Shown: positions 14,039 to 22,331 of the stretch, one piece after another
Numbering within the stretch: position 1 is the stretch's first letter
Layout of the letters: the number at the start of each line of letters is the position of its first letter
Origin: Halomicrobium mukohataei DSM 12286
Lineage (GTDB): Archaea > Halobacteriota > Halobacteria > Halobacteriales > Haloarculaceae
Length of the DNA: 32,000 bases
Reading direction: 5' to 3'
Assembly: GCF_000023965.1 (NCBI RefSeq)
Contig: NC_013202.1
Span: forward strand, 450,001 to 482,000
The notes under the pieces: generated by a model
What the model was told of the DNA's origin: nothing
Database searches by the model: none
Seen by the model: the letters and a program-made list of their open reading frames with translations, nothing else
Made by a program: the position numbers and the translations under genes

Positions 14039-15301
14039 TTATCGCTCGTTGACGTCGAGGACTTTGCCGGCTGCGATGGTCTGACCCATGTCGCGGATGG
14101 CGAAGCTCCCGAGCTCCGGAATCTCGCCCGACGGCTCGATGCTGAGGGGCTTCTGGGGTCGGATGGTGACGACCGCGGCGTCGCCGTTCTGGATGAAGTC
14201 CGGGTTCTCCTCGGCGACCTCGCCGGAGGACGGGTCGATCTTCTGGTCGATGGACTCGATCGTACAGGCGACCTGTGCGGTGTGTGCGTGGAAGACCGGG
14301 GTGTAACCGGCCGTGATCACGGACGGGTGCTGCATGACGACGATCTGGGCCTGGAAGGTCTCGGCGACCGTCGGCGGGTCGTCGGCCGGGCCACAGACGT
14401 CACCGCGGCGGATGTCGTCCTTGCCGATGCCACGGACGTTGAACCCGACGTTGTCGCCGGGCTCTGCCTTGGGCACCTCTTCGTGGTGCATCTCGACGGT
14501 CTTGACCTCGCCGCCCACGTCGCTGGGCTGGAAGGAGACGTTGTCGCCGACGTTCAGGATACCGGTCTCGACACGGCCGACCGGCACCGTGCCGATGCCG
14601 TCGATCGTGTAGACGTCCTGGATCGGGAGGCGCAGCGGTGCGTCCGTCGGCGGCTCCGGCTCGGGCAGGTCGTTGAGTGCTTCGAGCAGGATGTCGCCGT
14701 CGTACCAGTCGGTGTTGTCCGAGCGCTCGGCGATGTTGTCGCCTTCGAACGCGGAGATCGGGATGAAGCTGGCGTCCTCGGTGCCGAAGCGGACCTGCTT
14801 GAGCAGGTCCTCGACCTCGGAGACGACCTGTTCGTAGTCGGACTCGTTGTAGTCGACGAGGTCCATCTTGTTGACGCCGACGATGAGCTCGCCGATGCCC
14901 AGCGTGCGTGCCAGGAAGACGTGCTCGCGAGTCTGGGGCGCGACACCGTCGTCAGCGGCGACGACGAGGACTGCGTTGTCGGCCTGGCTCGCGCCGGTGA
15001 TCATGTTCTTGACGAAGTCGCGGTGACCAGGACAGTCGACGATGGTGAAGTCGTAGGCGTCGGTGCTGAACTCCTGGTGAGCGATGTCGATGGTGACACC
15101 GCGTTCGCGCTCTTCGGCGAGGTTGTCCATGACGTAGGCGAACTCGAAGCCGCCCTTGCCCTTCTCCTCGGCTTCTTCCTTGTGCTGTTCGATGACGTGC
15201 TCGGGGACGGATCCTGTCTCGTAGAGGAGTCGTCCGACGAGCGTACTCTTTCCGTGGTCGACGTGGCCGATGATGGCCAGGTTCTGGTGTCGGTCGCTCA
15301 T
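14039..15301 (-). CDS. tuf: Translation elongation factor aEF-1 alpha
   Basis: 420-aa ORF with GHVDHGKST (G1), DCPGH (G3) and NKMD (G4). It has the full-length EF-1alpha/EF-Tu architecture. Confidence 0.97.
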   Translation of the reverse strand: MSDRHQNLAIIGHVDHGKSTLVGRLLYETGSVPEHVIEQHKEEAEEKGKGGFEFAYVMDNLAEERERGVTIDIAHQEFSTDAYDFTIVDCPGHRDFVKNMITGASQADNAVLVVAADDGVAPQTREHVFLARTLGIGELIVGVNKMDLVDYNESDYEQVVSEVEDLLKQVRFGTEDASFIPISAFEGDNIAERSDNTDWYDGDILLEALNDLPEPEPPTDAPLRLPIQDVYTIDGIGTVPVGRVETGILNVGDNVSFQPSDVGGEVKTVEMHHEEVPKAEPGDNVGFNVRGIGKDDIRRGDVCGPADDPPTVAETFQAQIVVMQHPSVITAGYTPVFHAHTAQVACTIESIDQKIDPSSGEVAEENPDFIQNGDAAVVTIRPQKPLSIEPSGEIPELGSFAIRDMGQTIAAGKVLDVNER

Positions 15302-15325
15302 TGTTGTATCTCACGCGCAGAGGCG

Positions 15326-15332
15326 CTATATC
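15326..15332 (-). promoter_or_regulatory. Candidate TATA box for tuf-rps10
   Basis: The minus strand reads GATATAG about 28 nt upstream of the tuf ATG (15301). This implies a leaderless or very short-leader mRNA. Confidence 0.35.
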
Positions 15333-15549
15333 GGAGTCTTTACGCGGTAGTTCATAAAACGATTTCGAAAGCGTCCGTAGGGCGTCCCGACGCCGTCCTG
15401 CGATTTGGCACGCGGTGACACGGGCCGAACCGCGTTCGCGGCCCGCTCACACCACCAGAATCGGTGCCGATCGGGGGACAGAGGGGTCCCTGAGGTGCCC
15501 AGAGAGCGCGCGCGACACGACCAGCCGGGCCGCGAGAACGGGAGATCGG

Positions 15550-16503
15550 CTACGCCTCGGGGAGTCGACCGACGTCGGCCAGGACCGCACTCGCCGTCTC
15601 GGGGCCGCCGGCACCGCGGCCCGAGATGTTGAGTCGCCCGGCGTGTTCCGTTTCGAGCTGGACGATGTTGCGCGTCCCCGAGACGGAGAGCGCGGCGTTT
15701 TCCGGAACCAGCCGCGGGCCGACGCGAACGTCGCCGTCGGCGACCTCGCCGATGAGACGGATCGTGCGGCCGTCTTCCTGTGCGAGTTCGAGGGCGCTGC
15801 CGGGGATCGAACTGATCCCCTCGACCGTGGCGTCGTCGAGCGTGTACTCGCGTCGCTCGCCCGCGAGGACGTTCGCGACGATGACACACTTCAGGGCGGC
15901 GTCGGTGCCCTCGACGTCGAACGTGGGATCGGCCTCGGCGACGCCGAGATCCTGGGCCTCGGCGAGGACGTGTTCGTAGCCCAGCCCCTCGGCGGCCATC
16001 CGCGAGAGGATGAAGTTCGCCGTCCCGTTGAGGACGCCCCGCGCCGCGGTGATGTGTTCGGGGTCGAAGTCGTCGATCGTCGACAGCACCGGCATCGCAC
16101 CGCCGACGGTCGCCTCGAAGAGCACCTCGCCCGCGCTCTCGCGTTCGAGCGCGCGCACGTCGGCGTAGCGTTCTGCGACGGGACCCTTGTTCGCGAGGAC
16201 GACGTGACGGTCCCGCTCCAGTGCGGCCTCGACGTGGCCGAAGCCGGGCTCGGCGTCGCCGAGCGTCGTCGGCGTCGCCTCGATGAGGGCGTCGTACTCC
16301 GCTTCGAGGGCGGTCTCGGGCCGGGCCGATCCGACCGTCCCGTCGGCCTCTTTGGCAGCGAGGACCGCGTCGACGTCGATCCCGTCGGCGTCGACGACCG
16401 CCCCACTGGAGTCGGCCAGCGCGGTCACGGTGTGACCGTAATCGCCCGCCAGTTCCGCGACCGATCGCCCCACTGCACCGGCACCCAGGACTGCGAGTTT
16501 CAC
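15550..16503 (-). CDS. hom: Homoserine dehydrogenase
   Basis: 317-aa ORF with a GTG start. It has an N-terminal Rossmann motif (KLAVLGAGAVGRSV) and central EATVGGAMP and LNGTANFIL motifs typical of homoserine dehydrogenase. A GTGA overlap links it to the upstream ACT gene. Confidence 0.9.
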   Translation of the reverse strand: MKLAVLGAGAVGRSVAELAGDYGHTVTALADSSGAVVDADGIDVDAVLAAKEADGTVGSARPETALEAEYDALIEATPTTLGDAEPGFGHVEAALERDRHVVLANKGPVAERYADVRALERESAGEVLFEATVGGAMPVLSTIDDFDPEHITAARGVLNGTANFILSRMAAEGLGYEHVLAEAQDLGVAEADPTFDVEGTDAALKCVIVANVLAGERREYTLDDATVEGISSIPGSALELAQEDGRTIRLIGEVADGDVRVGPRLVPENAALSVSGTRNIVQLETEHAGRLNISGRGAGGPETASAVLADVGRLPEA

Positions 16504-17033
16504 GCGTCACCACCCGCCGTCAGCGGCTCGACGACAGTCAACTCCTTCTCGGCGGCGATCTCACGGACCGCCGCCAGGGCGTTGTCGGCGTTGCCCGCCT
16601 CGGTGGCGAGACGGAGACGTGCGCTCGATACGTCCTCGGTGCCTTCCGGGGCCGACAGCGACAGGTCGGTGACCGTCGCCTCGGTGGCTTCCTGGATGTG
16701 CGAGAGCGTGTGAGAGAGGTCCGTGTTCACCAGGTGGCCCGAGAGGACGATCGTCAGCGCCTCGCTGTAGCGCTCTGCGCCGGCCTGGATGATGTTGAAG
16801 TTCTCCGCCTGGAGGGCCTCGACGATGTCCTCGAACCGCTCGGGCGTGGCCTCCAGGTCGACCTCCACGGGGATGTGACCCCGTGGCGTCATGTTCCCAC
16901 GCTCGTGGAAGATAGAGAGGAGGTTGCCGCCGTTGTCGGCGATCGGGTGGAGCGCCCGGAGCAGTTCGCCGGGTTCGTCGACCAGTTCGAGCCGGACTGT
17001 GTAGGCTCGAACCTCGTCCTGCGAGTCGCTCAT
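16500..17033 (-). CDS. ACT-domain (amino-acid-binding) protein coupled to hom
   Basis: 177-aa ORF with two ACT-like beta-alpha-beta-beta-alpha-beta units (YTVRLELVDEPGELLRALHPIADNGGNLLSIFH ...). It is translationally coupled to hom. Confidence 0.75.
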   Translation of the reverse strand: MSDSQDEVRAYTVRLELVDEPGELLRALHPIADNGGNLLSIFHERGNMTPRGHIPVEVDLEATPERFEDIVEALQAENFNIIQAGAERYSEALTIVLSGHLVNTDLSHTLSHIQEATEATVTDLSLSAPEGTEDVSSARLRLATEAGNADNALAAVREIAAEKELTVVEPLTAGGDA

Positions 17034-17386
17034 CGACCGCTCACCTCCTTCTGGATGCTACCGCTCATTGTGCAAGCACACGAACTGCGTGCTATAAGAA
17101 ACCGTCCGTTCGCCGTCGACAGCCAGCGTCCCACCCGGCCAGGGAGAGTCGTGCCGACGGTGAGACAGACGACCGCGATATCGATCTGACGGACAGTGCT
17201 GCCAGAATCCGCCGATTCCGGACCGAACACTTGAGGCTTTTGGCAGAACATTCATCATGCTTCTTGGAAACCCTTCACAGGGATGGCGCGAACGACGACC
17301 ACGGAGAGACGGATCCGAAGTCACGGGCGGGGAGGGAACGGAGACGAATCGACACCACGCGGCCGGCGGCTACGGGAGACAGTGCG

Positions 17387-19246
17387 ATGACGACGGACGA
17401 CCTCCGGCGGCGGGTCGAGCGACTGGAGGCGATGGTCGCGGCGGCGGACGACGGGCCGGAGGGTGAGGACGGACTGACGCGCCGGACGGTACTGAAGGGG
17501 CTGGGACTGGCCGGCGTCGGCAGCTACGCCGTGGGGAAGGCACGAGCAGATCCACAGGGACAGCTCGGGACCGACACGGATCCGGTCGCGACCGTCTACG
17601 CCCAGCAGCTCCACGGCGGTCTGACGGGCAACACGGCGGTGAGTTCGCTGCTGGGGCCGGGACTGGGGATCGACAGCGGCTCGCTGTCGGCCGACGTGAG
17701 CGGCGCGACGAGTACGGGTTCCGGCACCGACATCTACACCGGGACGACCGACGGCGACCTGCAGTTCCGATCGCTCGTCGGAGGCACGAACGTCTCGCTG
17801 TCGAGTGCCAGCGGAGCGGTCACGATCGACGCGACGGCCGGCTCGTCGGTGTGGAGCGATCCGGACGCGGACGACCTCCTCGAACCGACCAGCTCGTACA
17901 GAGGGATCGATCTGAGTGGCGTCAGCAATCCGCGGGTCGTGACGCCCTGGATCGGCACCACGACGGCGACGGCCTTCGAGGCCTTCGTCGGCACCACCCG
18001 CGTCGCCCGGTTCACACCGACCGGAACCGACGGAAACGCCGAGACGGCCGCGGGAAACGTCCTGCTGGGCCAGTACGCACAGATCGGTGACGGGGCGACC
18101 GGCGTCGCGGTCGGCGGCGGCGGTAGTCCGACCAACAGTCACGAGAACGTCGCCTACGACAACTACGGGACGATCAGCGGCGGCCAGAACAACACGGTCG
18201 GGAGCGACGACGGCGATCCGGTGACGGCGGCCCACGCGACGATCGGCGGGGGCTACAGCAACACCGCTTCGAGCGTGTACGCGACGATCGCCGGAGGAAC
18301 GGCAAACACCGCGTCTGCCAAATCCGTGGCCGTCGGTGGCGGTAACGGCAACACCAGTTCGGGCAACTACGCGGCCGTCGCGGGTGGCTACTCCAACAGT
18401 GCGCGCAGCCGGTACGGGACGATCGGTGGCGGGTCGACGAACACCGCGTCGGGCCAGCACGCGACGGTCGGCGGCGGGAACAGCAACACGGCCGGCGGCG
18501 ACCAGTCGACCGTCGGCGGCGGGCAGAACAACAGCGCCACGGGACCGGACGCGGCGGTTCCCGGCGGCCAGAGCAACACGGCCGCTGGGAGCCACTCGCT
18601 GGCGGCCGGCCGTCGCGCGGCGGCCAACGACGCCGGGGCGTTCGTCTGGGCGGACAGTCAGGACGCCGACTTCGCGTCCGACGCCGACTACAACGGCTCC
18701 GGCGTGACCGGTAACGACACGTTCCACGTCAGGGCGCAAAACGGTGCTCGCATCGTCAACGGGGCCGGAACGACCTACATTCCGAGCGGGTCGACCGGGT
18801 GGACGGCGACGTCGACCAGAGCGGCGAAGACGAACTTCCAGCCGATCGATCCCGACAGCGTCCTCGACGGCGTCCGCTCGCTGGACGTGGCTACCTGGGA
18901 GTACAAGACCAGAGACGGCGAGGCCGCTGGAGTCGAGCACATGGGTCCGACGGCCGAAGCGTTCGACGACGCCTTCGGTCTCGGAGAGAGCCAACGCCAC
19001 ATCAACTCCATCAACGCCGACGGCGTCGCCCTGGCGGCGATCCAGGGACTCGCGGACCGGGCCGACGAGCTGGCGGCCGAACTCGAACGGAAAGACGAAC
19101 GCGTCGGCGAGCTCGAAGACCGGCTCGCGGAACGAGACGAGCGAGTCGACGAGCTGGCGGCCGAACTCGAACGGAAAGACGAACGCATCGACGAACTGGA
19201 GTCGCGACTGGACGACCTCGAAACGCTCGTACAACAGGGTGAGTGA
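17387..19246 (+). CDS. Secreted (Tat-signal) repeat protein with YadA/Hep_Hag-like Gly-rich repeats and a C-terminal tail-fibre intramolecular-chaperone (peptidase S74-like) domain plus a coiled coil
   Basis: I prefer the ATG at 17387 (MTTDDLRRR...). The twin-arginine motif is LTRRTVLKGLGLAGVGS. About 8 repeats of roughly 14 aa have the form GG-x-(S/N)NTA-x-G-x-x-(A/S)-(T/A)-(I/V). The segment STRAAKTNFQPID...VATWEYK...HMGPTAEAF...INADGVALAAIQGL matches the S74 pattern, and the C-terminal coiled coil is ELAAELERKDER... Confidence 0.75.
   Translation: MTTDDLRRRVERLEAMVAAADDGPEGEDGLTRRTVLKGLGLAGVGSYAVGKARADPQGQLGTDTDPVATVYAQQLHGGLTGNTAVSSLLGPGLGIDSGSLSADVSGATSTGSGTDIYTGTTDGDLQFRSLVGGTNVSLSSASGAVTIDATAGSSVWSDPDADDLLEPTSSYRGIDLSGVSNPRVVTPWIGTTTATAFEAFVGTTRVARFTPTGTDGNAETAAGNVLLGQYAQIGDGATGVAVGGGGSPTNSHENVAYDNYGTISGGQNNTVGSDDGDPVTAAHATIGGGYSNTASSVYATIAGGTANTASAKSVAVGGGNGNTSSGNYAAVAGGYSNSARSRYGTIGGGSTNTASGQHATVGGGNSNTAGGDQSTVGGGQNNSATGPDAAVPGGQSNTAAGSHSLAAGRRAAANDAGAFVWADSQDADFASDADYNGSGVTGNDTFHVRAQNGARIVNGAGTTYIPSGSTGWTATSTRAAKTNFQPIDPDSVLDGVRSLDVATWEYKTRDGEAAGVEHMGPTAEAFDDAFGLGESQRHINSINADGVALAAIQGLADRADELAAELERKDERVGELEDRLAERDERVDELAAELERKDERIDELESRLDDLETLVQQGE
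19063..19186. repeat. 40-bp perfect direct repeat, two copies 84 bp apart, inside the coiled-coil coding region
   Basis: cgacgagctggcggccgaactcgaacggaaagacgaacgc occurs at 19063-19102 and 19147-19186. It encodes DELAAELERKDER twice. Confidence 0.9.
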
Positions 19247-19493
19247 GACTGCCCGACAGCTGTCCGATCGTTGCAGGGCGGTTGCAGAGTGGTATCTCGA
19301 TTGATAACAGCAGCCAATGCTTATAACTCCGAACGGACTGGTAGCGACTGAGAGAGCTATCGACGCCGTTGCGGCGTGGTCTCGGGGTGCTGGCCGAGAA
19401 AGCCGGCAGGGCCGTCACGGCCGACCAAAGAAAACGCGGGACCGCGGCGGCGAACCACGCCGACCGCAGCGACAGTCGAGATGACCGAACTTC

Positions 19494-22331
19494 ATGAAAC
19501 CATTCACTCGTCGGGCAGTCGTCGCCGGAACGGTCGTCGCGGTGGTCCTCGTCTGGAGCGGACTCGTCCCGCTATCGGCCGGTGCAGCCGGCGTCTCAGG
19601 CCTCGACTGTCAGCCGGGGAGCGAGGGAGCCGTCTTCGCGGCCGACAGCGGCCTCGAAGCGGTGTACGACGGCGAGACGCTGGACGGCAATCCGTTCGTC
19701 GACGACACCACGCTCGCGTTCCCGAACGTCACGGTCAGTGCGACCGACACCGCGTCGCTTCGCATCGTCGCGGCGACCGACGACGGCGTCTGCCTGCGCT
19801 CTATCGAACCCACCAGTGCACCGGTCCGGGTGACGCCGGACGCCGGTGAGACCGTCGTCGTTCGCGATTCGCTGGTGAACCTGAGCTACGGCTCGTTTCG
19901 GTACGCACGCTCGGCCGGCGGCGTCGATCTGGCCTACAACGCCAGCGCGCCCGCCGCGATCACGGTCGAGGACGGCGATCTCTCGGCCGGACGCACCGTC
20001 GAGGCCGTCGACGCCGACAGCGGGACGCAACTGACGACCGGAACCGTCAGTGCCGACGACACGGTCGACCTCCAGTTGCCGGCGGGACACCGGAACGTGG
20101 ATCTGCGGTACGCGTCGACACAGACGGCGACGGCCACGTCGACCGTCCAGCCGGCCGCGGCGACAGCGACGGACACCGCGACACCGACCGCGACGGACAC
20201 TGCGACACAGACCGCGACGAACGCCACGACACGGACACAGACAGCGACGGAGACCGCGACACCGACCGCGCGGGAGACGCCACCGGACAGCGACTCGGCC
20301 ACGGGCGGTTCGTCGGCTGGCGACGACACTGCGACGCCGACTCCGACGCCGGACAGAACCCAGACTGCGACTCCGACCGCGACGCCCGCGAACGCCACGG
20401 AGTTCACCGTCCCGGAGTGGACCGGCGAGCTGGTGGCCTACGAGCCGACGCCACAGACCCAGCACGTCGGCGGCCTGCTCCCGTTGACGGTGTCGCTGTG
20501 GGGACTCGCCCTGTGGCTCGTGGTCGCCCGTCGGGGCCCCGAGACGCGCTTGCTCGCGCTCGTCCTCGTCGTCGCCTCCGTGCGAGCGACGAGCGATCTG
20601 ACACAGATCGTGCTCGACGGCTTCGTGGGCGTCGAAGCCCCGCTAGCGACGCTCAACCTCCTGCTGGAGTTCGCGACGGCGGTGCTGTTTGCCGGCTTCG
20701 CCGTCCAGTACGCCGACATCGGCGAGCGCAGGACCCGACACGCGAAACGGGCCCTCGGTGTGCTCGGGGCAGTCGGAGCCACCGCCGTCCTGACGAACCC
20801 CATCCACGGACAGGTCTTTACCGACGCGGCCGTCGCGGCCGGCCCCTTCACCTACGTGACGGCCAGCGTCGGTCCGGTCGGCTGGCTCCTGTTCGCGCTC
20901 GCGACCGGGCTGGTCGCTGCCGGGGGCGTGCTCGTCGCTCGAACCTTCGTCGTCGGCTCGCCGCGGGGAGCCTGGCGACCGGTTGCCGTCATCGGGACCG
21001 GACTCGCCGTCGCGATCGGCATCGCGGCTCTCGACGTGCTGGAGCTGGGGCCGGTGACCGGCTACGACTACAGCGCGACCGGCGTCAACTACTTCCTCCT
21101 CGCGACGACCGTCTCGCTGCTCGGCTACGGCTTCCAGCGGCTCAAGCCCAGCGGGCAGCGCTCGATCGTCGCCGACCTCGACGACGCGATCGTCATCCTC
21201 GACGACGCCTGGCGAGTCGTCGAGTGGAACGGGGCCGCCGAAGAGATCGTCCCGGAGCTGTCGACCGGCCGCTCGTTCGACGCCGTCTTCTCCGAGCCGC
21301 TGGCACGCCCGACCGTCGACCAGACGGTCACCCGCGAGATGAGCCTGGAGGTCGATCGATGGGTGACCGACAGCGGAACCGACGCCGAGCCGCCGACCGA
21401 CAGTGACGACCGGACGGACGGAGACTCGAACGGGACGGACGGTCAGGCGGCGGGATCGAGTGAACGCAGCGAGACGACAGAACCCGGAACGAACGGGACA
21501 GAGCTGGACGGGGCCGCCGAAGGCCACGGCGAGCCCCTCGACACCGAGCGACGCCACTTCATCGTCAACGCGCGGGCAGTGACCACCGAGACCAGCGACG
21601 TGATCGGCTACACGGTCCGGTTCGCCGACGTGACGGCACTGAAGCGCCACATGTCCCAGCTCGAGCGTCGCAACGAGCAGCTCGATCAGTTCGCGGGCGC
21701 TGTCACGCAGGACCTCCGCGGCCCGCTGGGCGAGGCACGCGAGGAGACGGAGCGCGTGCGAGCAGTGCTGGAGGACGCCGACGAGCCGGAGGCGGTCGAC
21801 CGGCGGGCGCTCACGACCGCGCTCGGTTCGATCGACGCCGCGCTGAACCGGATGGCCCGGCTCGTCGAAGACATCCTCGGACTGGCTCGCGACCGAGACT
21901 TACAGACCGATCCGGAACCGATCCCGTTCGACGCGATCGTCGAGTCGGTCTGGGACCGCTTCGATCCGAAGGAAGCCACCCTCTCGGTCGAGGCGACCGG
22001 CGAGATCAGCGCCGACCGCGAGCACCTCGATCGGCTCCTCGCCGTGCTGGTCCGGAACGCGATCCAGCACGGCGGGGAGGGAGTCACCGTCCGCGTCGGC
22101 CTCGACGACGACGGGTTCTACGTGGCCGACGACGGCCCGGGCATCGATCCGTCGGTCCGAGACCGCGCGTTCGAAGCGGGCGTGACGACCCGCGACGCTG
22201 CGGCCGGTCTCGGGCTCACGATGGCGCGACAGCGGGCCGCCGCCCACGGGTGGGAGATCGCACTCGACGACGGCGCGACCGGAACGCGTGTCGTCGTCAG
22301 CGGTTGTGAAACGGAGGGACCCGACGAATGA
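19494..22331 (+). CDS. Membrane sensor histidine-kinase homologue: extracellular domain, Thr-rich linker, 7TM, PAS, degenerate HisKA and HATPase_c
   Basis: 945-aa ORF. It has an N-terminal signal/TM segment, then a Thr/Ala/Pro-rich linker at about aa 205-303, then multiple TM helices. A PAS-like segment (IVILDDAWRVVEWNGAAEEI) follows. The H-box reads QLDQFAGAVTQDLRGPL, with Gln at the His position. The N box (RNAIQHG), G1 (DDGPGI) and G2 (GLGL) are present. Confidence 0.85.
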   Translation: MKPFTRRAVVAGTVVAVVLVWSGLVPLSAGAAGVSGLDCQPGSEGAVFAADSGLEAVYDGETLDGNPFVDDTTLAFPNVTVSATDTASLRIVAATDDGVCLRSIEPTSAPVRVTPDAGETVVVRDSLVNLSYGSFRYARSAGGVDLAYNASAPAAITVEDGDLSAGRTVEAVDADSGTQLTTGTVSADDTVDLQLPAGHRNVDLRYASTQTATATSTVQPAAATATDTATPTATDTATQTATNATTRTQTATETATPTARETPPDSDSATGGSSAGDDTATPTPTPDRTQTATPTATPANATEFTVPEWTGELVAYEPTPQTQHVGGLLPLTVSLWGLALWLVVARRGPETRLLALVLVVASVRATSDLTQIVLDGFVGVEAPLATLNLLLEFATAVLFAGFAVQYADIGERRTRHAKRALGVLGAVGATAVLTNPIHGQVFTDAAVAAGPFTYVTASVGPVGWLLFALATGLVAAGGVLVARTFVVGSPRGAWRPVAVIGTGLAVAIGIAALDVLELGPVTGYDYSATGVNYFLLATTVSLLGYGFQRLKPSGQRSIVADLDDAIVILDDAWRVVEWNGAAEEIVPELSTGRSFDAVFSEPLARPTVDQTVTREMSLEVDRWVTDSGTDAEPPTDSDDRTDGDSNGTDGQAAGSSERSETTEPGTNGTELDGAAEGHGEPLDTERRHFIVNARAVTTETSDVIGYTVRFADVTALKRHMSQLERRNEQLDQFAGAVTQDLRGPLGEAREETERVRAVLEDADEPEAVDRRALTTALGSIDAALNRMARLVEDILGLARDRDLQTDPEPIPFDAIVESVWDRFDPKEATLSVEATGEISADREHLDRLLAVLVRNAIQHGGEGVTVRVGLDDDGFYVADDGPGIDPSVRDRAFEAGVTTRDAAAGLGLTMARQRAAAHGWEIALDDGATGTRVVVSGCETEGPDE
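20106..20400 (+). repeat. Low-complexity Thr/Ala/Pro-coding tract (ACG/GCG/ACC-rich) within the kinase gene
   Basis: It encodes TQTATATSTVQPAAATATDTATPTATDTATQTATNATTRTQTATETATPTARE...TATPTPTPDRTQTATPTATPANATE. Confidence 0.85.

Noticed and set aside
14027-15418. 463-aa plus-strand ORF antisense to tuf
   Set aside because: It is the shadow ORF of EF-1alpha, with a Val/Asp/Gly/Leu-rich translation and no motifs.
15326-16513. 395-aa minus-strand ORF, and the 432-aa plus-strand ORF at 15415..16713, overlapping hom
   Set aside because: The translations are extremely Arg/Gly/Pro-rich or Asp/Val/Arg-rich with no motifs. They are off-frame or antisense shadows of the homoserine dehydrogenase gene, as is typical of high-GC DNA.
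17231-17386. Upstream extension of the fibre-like ORF, and similar extensions of fusA (27041-27100), rps7 (30805-30924) and the HExxH gene (27001-27285)
   Set aside because: The extensions are basic or odd in composition and overlap neighbouring genes or promoters. The internal ATGs reproduce canonical N-termini (MGRRKK for EF-2, MSADD for uS7) or a plausible Tat leader.
17321-19234. 637-aa antisense ORF covering the whole fibre-like gene
   Set aside because: The translation is Arg/Val/Gly/Pro-rich and basic, unlike the acidic proteome here. The sense frame has a Tat signal, regular repeats and an S74-like domain.
17387-19246. The fibre-like gene as part of the provirus
   Set aside because: It is separated from the element by tRNA-Ala, rps10, tuf, hom and the ACT gene. 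It lies on the opposite strand, and the element shows no other tail genes.
20106-20400. The repetitive ACG/GCG-rich DNA, or the hairpin arrays (13621-13723 and 24621-24828), as a CRISPR array
   Set aside because: There is no constant repeat unit separated by unique spacers. The first is an in-frame Thr/Ala/Pro coding tract. The hairpins all differ in sequence and are only about 20 nt long.
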